The notes beneath the pieces were generated by a model. The model ran no database searches. It saw only the letters and a list, made by a program, of their open reading frames with translations, and had not been told where the DNA came from. 34,998 nucleotides of DNA from a virus (Duplodnaviria; Heunggongvirae; Uroviricota; Caudoviricetes; Herelleviridae), in the IMG/VR virus record IMGVR_UViG_2706795655_000001; one strand, 5' to 3'. Positions 1 to 7,508 of this stretch are shown here, piece after piece (positions within the stretch are counted from its first letter, which is position 1; every line of letters begins with the position of its first letter). A program made the position numbers and the translations under genes.

Positions 1-60
1 AGAACTTAAAGCTAAACATGAATGTTACATACTTACTATACCACCAAAGGAGGACAAGCC

Positions 61-777
61 TTGCTACAGTTTATAGGACGAGGAAGCGCGTTCAACACAT
101 TAGAAGGAAACAACAGCGCATATTGCATTCACGAAGGAGAACTATTCCTGATTGACTGTGGTAGCAACGTATTCGAAAGACTAGACCACGCAGGTGTTCT
201 AGGAGTAGTAAAAAATATTAAAGTATTAATCACACATACTCACGATGACCATATCGGCTCATTAGGAGGACTCATCTTCCACTCATACTTCAATATGGGT
301 ACAATGGGAGAGAAAAACATTACGGTTTACGCACCATATACATTAAAGGTTCCTAAGATTCTTTCCTTAATGGGAGTAACCAATAAGTATTACCATATTA
401 AACAATTCGAATCACATGTAGAATTAGAGTACGCAAATGAGCCTGTATTTGTACAAGCTGTACCTAATCATCATGTGGAAGAGCTACTGTCTTACGGATA
501 CGTAATAGATATTAAACGGAAGTGCGTATACTACAGTGGAGATTCGAATAATATTCACCCATACATACTAGGAAGATTAGAAAGCGGAATCATCGATTAC
601 TTTTATCAAGATACGTGCAAAGCTGATTACGAGGGTAACGTACATTTATCCATAAATAAGTTGTGTGAACTAGTAGGAAAGAATCGAGATAAGGTTTACT
701 GCATGCACTTAGATAAAGGATTCCCGGTACAGTGGGTAAAAACACTAGGATTTAACGTTGTAGAATCAGTTTTCTAG
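61..777 (+). CDS. Metallo-beta-lactamase-fold hydrolase, Apyc1 (anti-Pycsar)-like
   Basis: Motifs GxGSAF..NNSA, LIDCG, THTHDDHIG (HxHxDH), YYSGDS, VHLS, MHL. Start moved from 22 to TTG 61 because AAAGGAGG lies 7 nt upstream. Confidence 0.85.
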   Translation: MLQFIGRGSAFNTLEGNNSAYCIHEGELFLIDCGSNVFERLDHAGVLGVVKNIKVLITHTHDDHIGSLGGLIFHSYFNMGTMGEKNITVYAPYTLKVPKILSLMGVTNKYYHIKQFESHVELEYANEPVFVQAVPNHHVEELLSYGYVIDIKRKCVYYSGDSNNIHPYILGRLESGIIDYFYQDTCKADYEGNVHLSINKLCELVGKNRDKVYCMHLDKGFPVQWVKTLGFNVVESVF

Positions 778-798
778 CTACATAGAAGGAGCAATAGA

Positions 799-969
799 AT
801 GGAAGAATATCGTTATGCTGTGGTATATCGCAGTAATCCAAAGGTACGACTATCCAAGACGTTTACACGAAAAGGTGATGCGAAAGCATTTCGAGACAAG
901 AGATTCGAGGGGGATAAAGAACGTTACAAAATAGCAAAATATAAGTTAGTACTAATTGAGGAGGATTAA
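799..969 (+). CDS. Hypothetical basic protein, 56 aa (not in ORF track)
   Basis: AAGGAG RBS; ATG 799, MEEYRYAVVY...LIEED; TAA 967-969. Confidence 0.65.
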   Translation: MEEYRYAVVYRSNPKVRLSKTFTRKGDAKAFRDKRFEGDKERYKIAKYKLVLIEED

Positions 970-970
970 G

Positions 971-1285
971 TTGTCAGAGCCTACATATAAAGTTAAAAGA
1001 GAAGTAATGAACACTGTCCAGATATTCGACCCTATCTTATTTAATGAAGGGTCACCAGTTATCATGCAGAGTTACACATCTGACTGGGAAAGAATGTACT
1101 GGAGAGAAGAACACGGTATCGTGAAGAAATATACTGCTGATTCTTTAGACATCTTAGTAGCTAATTACAACGGTGGAGAGCCGGAGGTACGTACTGTACG
1201 AGCTAACTACATAGATGACCAGTTTAATATCATACCTACGAAAGAACTATTAAAAGAACTACGGGAGGAATTGGATGCAAAGTAA
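971..1285 (+). CDS. Hypothetical protein
   Basis: GAGGAGG RBS before TTG 971, in frame with track ORF 956. Confidence 0.7.
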   Translation: MSEPTYKVKREVMNTVQIFDPILFNEGSPVIMQSYTSDWERMYWREEHGIVKKYTADSLDILVANYNGGEPEVRTVRANYIDDQFNIIPTKELLKELREELDAK

Positions 1286-2477
1286 ATTATTTATGCCAAA
1301 AACGTTAAATGTCGGGTATCAAAACAGACAAGGGACTTACACGGGTAGCCTAGCCTATATCATTTATTATGATGAAACTGGTAAACTACGAAAAGAAAAA
1401 TCATGGGAAAGCTGGAGAGATACGAAGATTCCTAACCAAGAATTCGAGAATGAGCCGACAGAAGGATTCGTATTCAATAAGACAGGCGGAGGACGACCAT
1501 CATGGAGTGACCGTAAAGCATTCTGTCGAGTATACGACCCACGAGGATTCGAATTTGAAATTGACATGGCTAACCTGATGTACATTCTGGAGTGCTGCGA
1601 TGTAATGAAAGGTAAAGGAATCGTAGGAGAGCTAGTATATGCATGGGAAGGTACAGAGCTTGTTCTAGTTCCTGTAAACTCCGAGACATATACAGAGTCT
1701 AAGAGATACACAGATGTGTTAATGAATAAAGAACACATTAAAGGTAAAGATTTAAAAGTTGGTTATACATACATCGATAAAGAGGAAGATAAGTATATTT
1801 ACTTAGGTAAGTTCCACGAGTATGATTACCGAACAGACTACAGCGATTCGAACCGAAGACAGAAGGTTACGAAATCTAAGGCTAAGAAGTTCTTCTTTGC
1901 AGAGGAATGTAGATGGTCTAGTAATAAGGACTTCCCGTGGAGAATTAAAGCAATCAGCTCTTTAGGTAAGAAATTCATCAAGGAGTTAGAAGTCGGATGT
2001 GTACAAGACTTTACACCATTCCAAGATATGTTAGAACACTCTCAATACTACTCACCAGTTGATGAAAGTAAAGATGAGTTATACCCAATCAACCCAGAGT
2101 TCATTATCGAGAGAGTTCTAGATAAGGATAGAAGCGAATGGGATAGACGAGTAGGGTTCTACACGAAAGCTTATGGTGACGCTCGTAAGCACGATATCAC
2201 AATGGAGAAAAAATATGATAGACCGTACAGTTGGTATGACAGCAACAGACATGATAGAAAAGTTATCGGTGTTGAGGCTGTAGTTGCAGTTAGAAATGGA
2301 GATTATGGGAGAGACAGTGAAGTGTATCGCGGTTCACTAGAAGGATTCTTTGAGCGATTCACTGGAGAAATGGAGCCTTGCTTCATTAAGAGATATTTAG
2401 AAAACGGTAAGTTCTACTCATACAAAGGTTCAGTACCAGAATCACAAATAAATAAAGATGATAAGGAGCAAGAATAA
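1275..2477 (+). CDS. Hypothetical protein, 400 aa
   Basis: Long ORF, GGGAGG RBS, overlaps upstream stop; no motif recognised. Confidence 0.8.
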   Translation: MQSKLFMPKTLNVGYQNRQGTYTGSLAYIIYYDETGKLRKEKSWESWRDTKIPNQEFENEPTEGFVFNKTGGGRPSWSDRKAFCRVYDPRGFEFEIDMANLMYILECCDVMKGKGIVGELVYAWEGTELVLVPVNSETYTESKRYTDVLMNKEHIKGKDLKVGYTYIDKEEDKYIYLGKFHEYDYRTDYSDSNRRQKVTKSKAKKFFFAEECRWSSNKDFPWRIKAISSLGKKFIKELEVGCVQDFTPFQDMLEHSQYYSPVDESKDELYPINPEFIIERVLDKDRSEWDRRVGFYTKAYGDARKHDITMEKKYDRPYSWYDSNRHDRKVIGVEAVVAVRNGDYGRDSEVYRGSLEGFFERFTGEMEPCFIKRYLENGKFYSYKGSVPESQINKDDKEQE

Positions 2478-2902
2478 TGACAAACACAAATGATGCAGTA
2501 GTATTACAATTGCAAGGTAAGGTTGAAGAGAAGAAAAAGAAATTAGCAGCTTTAAAGAAAGGTCGCCGTACTACAGTTACAAACTGTATTCTTGAATGGG
2601 AAGGTAAAAGCGTCAACTTCAATGTAGCGAGAAAAGCGGAGTTAACGTTATTGTTGGTTAAGTTAAACGCATTACTTATGTCTGCGGATGACTTACTACT
2701 TGAGGACTTCGCAGAAAATACAATCGTTCAAGGGTTCACTATCTACGACTGGATGGAGGACATTAAGGGTAAAATCAAAGAAAAAGATATTACTATTGAA
2801 GAAGGGCAAGTGAAAGAAATCGAGAAGCAACTTGATGCGATGTTATCCGCAGATAAGAAAACTGAGTTAAAGCTTAAACAAATCGCAGACCTATTAAACT
2901 AG
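2477..2902 (+). CDS. Hypothetical helical protein, 141 aa
   Basis: TAATG coupling to previous gene, AAGGAG RBS, followed by terminator. Confidence 0.8.
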   Translation: MTNTNDAVVLQLQGKVEEKKKKLAALKKGRRTTVTNCILEWEGKSVNFNVARKAELTLLLVKLNALLMSADDLLLEDFAENTIVQGFTIYDWMEDIKGKIKEKDITIEEGQVKEIEKQLDAMLSADKKTELKLKQIADLLN

Positions 2903-2908
2903 TACACT

Positions 2909-2937
2909 GACACGGGATAACCTCTCGTGTCTTTTTT
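2909..2937 (+). terminator. Intrinsic terminator
   Basis: GACACGGGA-TAACC-TCTCGTGTC, 9-bp stem, then T6. Confidence 0.85.
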
Positions 2938-2950
2938 GTATCTGCAAAAG

Positions 2951-3000
2951 TAACACTTCTTATAACTTTTTAAACTTTTTTCTAACTTTTTATGATTTTG
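2951..3000 (+). repeat. Five phased 10-bp imperfect direct repeats, candidate parC
   Basis: taacacttct/tataactttt/taaacttttt/tctaactttt/tatgattttg, directly upstream of the parM-like gene. Confidence 0.5.
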
Positions 3001-3062
3001 TGGTATCAATTAGGCGAATGCTCCATATGATGTATTAAGAAATGACAAAGGGGGAAAACAAA

Positions 3063-4154
3063 ATGGCAAAGAAATGGCAAGGAACAAACGTAGGATTATC
3101 TGTAGGTGCAGTAGATGATGGGTTCGGAGATGTGAAATGTGACAACAACGGTCACCCATTCTTAATCCCTTCATTCGTAACTAGCTTTAAACCAAAACCA
3201 TCTACAGAGTTTTCAGTGGAAGGTAAGCAGCTAGAATACATCGCTTGTGAGATTGATGACAAGAAATGGGTAGTCGGAGATTACGCTACAAAGCTAGACC
3301 CGGATATTGAATGGACTGGAGGAGAAAATAAACATAATGATAGTAAGTTTCCGATTATTATGAAAACTGTTCTAGGACTCATGAGCAAAGGCACAAATGA
3401 AACCATCTACACACTTATGATGAACCTACCAATCAAGAACGATACACCAGAACGTAGAGAGCAGCTTACACAACTTGTAAAAGGTACACACGAGATGAAA
3501 ATCTCTTACGACGGGAATAACTGGATAGAAAGAACTGTAACAGTCGAAGATGTATGTATAAAGAAACAACCGTTCGGTAGCTTGTGCGACCTAATGCTAG
3601 ATAACAACGGTGAGATTGTAGACCACAACATCGCAAAAGGATTTAACGTATTAGCAGATATCGGAGCAAGAACACTGAATGTTCTGACATTGGATTCATT
3701 AGAAGAGCAACCGGAACTTACTACACATACAAACATGGGGATGTTTAGTAGCTACCTACAAATCGGGAAATACCTAGAGAACCATCTAGGAGCTACAATC
3801 CCGGACGGAAAGCTACCAATGATTATCCAGAACAAAGAAATAAAAGGTATGGACATCACACCAGTAATCAATCAGGCTTACGAAAATCATGCGAATACAA
3901 TCCTTAATACTCTGGACAGAATACTAATTAATAGTTGGGCTTTTGTAGATACACTTATCTTCACTGGTGGAGGCTCTGAACTACTTAAACAATACTTGTC
4001 CGAACGATTCGCTGCTAGAGGAGTTAAAGTAATGTTTCTAGATAGATACGCAAATGTACGTGGTTTAAGGAAGTATGGGACTCGTATGGCTTCGAAAGCT
4101 AAAAAGAGTACGGTTACTATCAAAGTCGGCACACAGCCGTACATCAGCAAGTGA
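3063..4154 (+). CDS. parM: ParM/StbA-family actin-like partition ATPase
   Basis: Actin-fold motifs VDDGFGDVK (phosphate 1), ADIGARTLNV (phosphate 2), FTGGGSELL (adenosine); AAAGGGGG RBS before ATG 3063. Confidence 0.9.
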   Translation: MAKKWQGTNVGLSVGAVDDGFGDVKCDNNGHPFLIPSFVTSFKPKPSTEFSVEGKQLEYIACEIDDKKWVVGDYATKLDPDIEWTGGENKHNDSKFPIIMKTVLGLMSKGTNETIYTLMMNLPIKNDTPERREQLTQLVKGTHEMKISYDGNNWIERTVTVEDVCIKKQPFGSLCDLMLDNNGEIVDHNIAKGFNVLADIGARTLNVLTLDSLEEQPELTTHTNMGMFSSYLQIGKYLENHLGATIPDGKLPMIIQNKEIKGMDITPVINQAYENHANTILNTLDRILINSWAFVDTLIFTGGGSELLKQYLSERFAARGVKVMFLDRYANVRGLRKYGTRMASKAKKSTVTIKVGTQPYISK

Positions 4155-4164
4155 GGTGCCTTAG

Positions 4165-4431
4165 ATGCGTAAATCAGTCTACTTACGAGATAAGATGGAT
4201 GACGACATCCTAGAAGTAGTAAAGCCTCTCCTAAAGAACCATAGCTTTGCTCACGTCATGAGAGAGCTTGCAAGAGATGGAATCAAATACAGGAAAGGCG
4301 GAGGAGGTGTTGTGTCACACAAAATCATACAAAGTATTACACCAGAACAACCAGCTCCAATCCTTGATATCAAATTGAATAAAAAGGAAGCATCTGATAA
4401 CGATATTGCAAGCCGATTAGATAACTTTTGA
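4165..4431 (+). CDS. Ribbon-helix-helix protein, ParR-like adaptor
   Basis: N-terminal strand RKSVYL, two helices (..SFAHVMRELARDGI), flexible tail; directly after parM; GAGGTG RBS. Confidence 0.7.
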   Translation: MRKSVYLRDKMDDDILEVVKPLLKNHSFAHVMRELARDGIKYRKGGGGVVSHKIIQSITPEQPAPILDIKLNKKEASDNDIASRLDNF

Positions 4432-4444
4432 ATCCGTTTTTCCC

Positions 4445-4498
4445 AAATTCCTGTAATTCCGTAATTCCCGGAAAAACGGTAATTCCCTTGAAATTCCC
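4445..4498 (+). repeat. Cluster of five (A/T)AATTCC direct repeats
   Basis: AAATTCC 4445, TGTAATTCC 4452, GTAATTCCC 4461, GGTAATTCCC 4478, GAAATTCCC 4490. Confidence 0.6.
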
Positions 4499-4763
4499 TA
4501 CATTTATAGAGGGTTTATAGCGACTAATTCACTATCCCGTAGTCATGTAAAACTTTAAGAATCTGCTCTAATTCTTCCATACTAATATCTACATTTCTAT
4601 CCTTGTTGATGTCGTGAAGAACTAAATGATTTACTTTCTGCATTTGTCTCTCATACTGAGCTAAAGAATCTGTGAACCAAGACATATAATCATCGTCCTC
4701 TCTTGTTTTATAATCCTATCATTACCAAAATAAAATCATTTATACATGAAGGAGGAAAAAATT

Positions 4764-4952
4764 ATGGGTATCGCTGCTGTTAGTGCTGGAATCGCATTAG
4801 TTTGTACGACTGGATTGGCTTTGTCAACGGTGTTTAAGTTTCTCCATTCATTCGAAATGGAAATAGGAGTGAAGAAAGAGAAACGCAATCGTAGAGATGC
4901 GAACGAAGAACGTTTTGATAACATGGCTAACCGTTCAAGATTAAACAAATAA
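4764..4952 (+). CDS. Small single-TM protein
   Basis: GGAGG RBS before ATG 4764; hydrophobic N-terminus, charged tail. Confidence 0.7.
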   Translation: MGIAAVSAGIALVCTTGLALSTVFKFLHSFEMEIGVKKEKRNRRDANEERFDNMANRSRLNK

Positions 4953-4967
4953 AAGGGGATGTTAACG

Positions 4968-5495
4968 ATGATTATAAATTACGATGCTAGAGGCAAAGAT
5001 GCTTGGGTTGAGTACACACCATTCACGAAGGTTCCAATGCAGGATGAGTCGGTTTTTATGTACCAAAATATAAAGGAGGAGATAATGAGCGCAAAGGGAA
5101 TGCAGAAGCTCAAAAAAATAAAGCAAGCAAAAAAGATAATCAAAATGTCACTATCAATCTTAGGAGCAAGTGCAAGTCTTACAACCAGAACATTTGCAAG
5201 CGGAGTGACGGGAAATACTCCTCTACTCAATCCACTGAATCCGGGAATCATGGTGGAGTACGGACTACAGATAGCATTTATCGCGGTGGGAGTAGCAGTA
5301 GCACTAAGTATAGTTCTATTGGTAATAGCGGGAACACTAAGAATGTTCAGAAAGAGCCACGAAGCGAATGTATGGACGCAAGACATCATAAAGGGGATAA
5401 CGCAAGTACTGATAAGCGTTCCGAGTATCTACATCATTTACCGAGTAGCAAGCTACCTATTCAGAAATTTAAACTTCTTAAGTCTAGGCTTCTAA
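4968..5495 (+). CDS. VirB2/TrbC pilin-like membrane protein (alternative start 5085)
   Basis: Leader ending TTRTFA|S, TM1 (LQIAFIAVGVAVALSIVLLVIAG), basic loop RKSHEANVWTQDIIKG, TM2. RBS before both ATG 4968 and ATG 5085. Confidence 0.55.
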   Translation: MIINYDARGKDAWVEYTPFTKVPMQDESVFMYQNIKEEIMSAKGMQKLKKIKQAKKIIKMSLSILGASASLTTRTFASGVTGNTPLLNPLNPGIMVEYGLQIAFIAVGVAVALSIVLLVIAGTLRMFRKSHEANVWTQDIIKGITQVLISVPSIYIIYRVASYLFRNLNFLSLGF

Positions 5496-6604
5496 AAATT
5501 CTGAAAATTTCCACAGTACCCGCAGCAGTCATTTCTACATTAACTTTTACAACTATGGGAGACACAGCATACGCGGAAACGGTAGATACGTCATCAGTCC
5601 TTGAGAAGAGTACGGGAATCTTATCTGCAATCGTAAAGGGTGGGGTATCAAGTGCATTACCTACTCCAGTACAAGAGATAATAAACTGGTTGGGAGAGTT
5701 TGTGACCATCATCAAGACTATACCTACAAATGTAGCAAAGATGTCCGCAGATTTATTAGCTTGGATATATGAATTATGTACTGGGCTTATCCTACAAACT
5801 CCTTTATTCCTATTTGATAATGAATGGTTTACGACTATGAGTTTAGGGTTTAGTGGCGTGGCGGTAGGGATTGTAGTAGTACTTACGATTATAGAATGCA
5901 TTAAGCGTATGTTATCTGGAGCAAGTAAGAAGATACGACCAATGGAGTTTACAACAATCATGAAGCGTTGGTCTTTAGTAGCTGGTGTCACTTCGGTAAC
6001 GCCATTCTTATTCAAATCAGCTTTTAAAGTATTGAATTTCATCTCTGGCAAACTTACAAGTATGGGTAGCGACATCATGACAGCTAGTGCCTTGACTACT
6101 ACATTTAGTACGATTGATATTATCACATTGTTAGTATTCGATGCGATATTGATTTCTACAGTTATTCCGATGTTATGGACGAATGGAAGAAGGTTTTTCG
6201 ACCTATTGGTATTAGGCGTAGTAGCTCCTGTTGCCCTGAGTTGCTGGGTGTTCGATTCTCACAGACATTTCTTCACACAGTGGTGGTCAAACGTTAAGCA
6301 TCTCTCGTTGGTTCAAGTGTACCACTCCTTGTTTTTACTTATCATAGGTTTGTTTATATTCGGAATCCCTTTTCCAATGACATTTACGGGTACTGCGGTA
6401 AAGCTCTTAGTCGTTATAGGAGGCTTTTCCAGAATGACCTCACCGCCAAAAATAATATCCAGTAAACTTGATAACGGTAAAGGTCTTGATGAGGTTATGA
6501 AAAGTAACGTTAAAGAAACATCTAAGAAATTAATTAAGAATTTCGCTCTCTCTAAAGCTACAGTTCTAAGTCCATTAAAACTTTTCAATAAGATAAAAAA
6601 ATAA
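5372..6604 (+). CDS. VirB6/TrbL-like polytopic membrane protein (true start unclear)
   Basis: About 6-8 hydrophobic segments; GRRFFDLLVLGVVAPVALSCWVF..FFTQWW resembles the R-x-x-x-L-x4-V-x-AP-x-A...W pattern of Gram-positive TrbL/VirB6 proteins; no good RBS/start. Confidence 0.6.
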   Translation: MDARHHKGDNASTDKRSEYLHHLPSSKLPIQKFKLLKSRLLKILKISTVPAAVISTLTFTTMGDTAYAETVDTSSVLEKSTGILSAIVKGGVSSALPTPVQEIINWLGEFVTIIKTIPTNVAKMSADLLAWIYELCTGLILQTPLFLFDNEWFTTMSLGFSGVAVGIVVVLTIIECIKRMLSGASKKIRPMEFTTIMKRWSLVAGVTSVTPFLFKSAFKVLNFISGKLTSMGSDIMTASALTTTFSTIDIITLLVFDAILISTVIPMLWTNGRRFFDLLVLGVVAPVALSCWVFDSHRHFFTQWWSNVKHLSLVQVYHSLFLLIIGLFIFGIPFPMTFTGTAVKLLVVIGGFSRMTSPPKIISSKLDNGKGLDEVMKSNVKETSKKLIKNFALSKATVLSPLKLFNKIKK

Positions 6605-6609
6605 AAGCA

Positions 6610-7335
6610 TCATAAAAGATGCTTCCAAGTTTTACCGTATACAATATCATTGATTACATGAATTGTAACGTCATATCTAGCAGCTAATTCCGCTCTCTTG
6701 AGTGCCTTGTCTTTATAAGTCTTACGTATCTCGATAACCTGTTCTTCATTTAGATGGGAGTGATGCTCACTAAGTTTCTTCTTAGAACCTGTAGAACGTT
6801 TGTTGTTCTCTACGAATCCGTCAACTTTGACATGTGACCATAGCGTTCCAATCTTTATACCAGATATTAAGGAAAAGGATACATTGTACTCTTTAGATAT
6901 ATTAGTTGCGGTTTCGCCATCTCTTAAAAGTTCTTTAATACGGATAACGTCTTTTTCCTTAAGGACACTACTTGCGTTGTCTTCTCCAATCAAACCTTTA
7001 GCTAACCCAGTATCATAGGCATGTTGTGTGTTCTCTGCTGTAGTAGCCCACTCTAGGTTACTAAGCGTGTTATTATCCTTATCACCGTCCTTATGATTAA
7101 CTTCTGGTTTATTCTCTGGGTTTTCGATAAACGCTAAAGCTACTAATCTATGTACTCTGTAATACTTACGTTTTCCTTTATAACGTAGCCCTAGATGATG
7201 ATAACCCTGCTTATTAATATTATGGCTCATCAACTTACCTAACTTGTTATTTATAACATTCCCTAACGTACTTACACTATAATCGTCTCCACACTCAACG
7301 ACATCTTTTAGTGACTTCCAAACTTCTTTCTCCAT
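6610..7335 (-). mobile_element. Free-standing HNH homing endonuclease (NUMOD4 + HNH + two C-terminal HTH repeats)
   Basis: EVWKSL..YSVSTLGNV; VHRLVALAF..VNHKDGDKDNN..NLEW; AAGGAG RBS before ATG 7335. Confidence 0.9.
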
Positions 7336-7368
7336 ATGTATCGCTCCTTTGGTTTTGGGTATATCTTT

Positions 7369-7377
7369 ATTATAACA
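7369..7377 (-). promoter_or_regulatory. Extended -10 sigma-A promoter for HNH gene
   Basis: Minus strand TG-T-TATAAT, ~35 nt upstream of the start codon. Confidence 0.6.
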
Positions 7378-7394
7378 CATTAGGAGGTTTTAAC

Positions 7395-7508
7395 ATGAGT
7401 ATAACAACACTGATTTTACTGAATACAACGATGTTATTGGCGACTGCTGCTGTGAACGCTGTACAGTGTGTAATCATTATGAAGGAGTTGAAGCATCGTG
7501 AAGAGTAA
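7395..7508 (+). CDS. 37-aa single-TM peptide
   Basis: TAGGAGG RBS, ATG 7395, MSITTLILLNTTMLLATAAVNAVQCVII; overlaps start of the FtsK-like gene. Confidence 0.65.
   Translation: MSITTLILLNTTMLLATAAVNAVQCVIIMKELKHREE

Noticed and set aside
61-777. Antibiotic-resistance beta-lactamase
   Set aside because: No signal peptide, and the motif set fits cytoplasmic RNase Z/Apyc1-type MBL hydrolases.
5495-5509. Isolated CodY-like site AAAATTCTGAAAATT (13/15) at the pilin/VirB6 junction
   Set aside because: About one such match is expected by chance in 35 kb of AT-rich DNA (rough estimate). Worth revisiting only if CodY binding to the array is confirmed.
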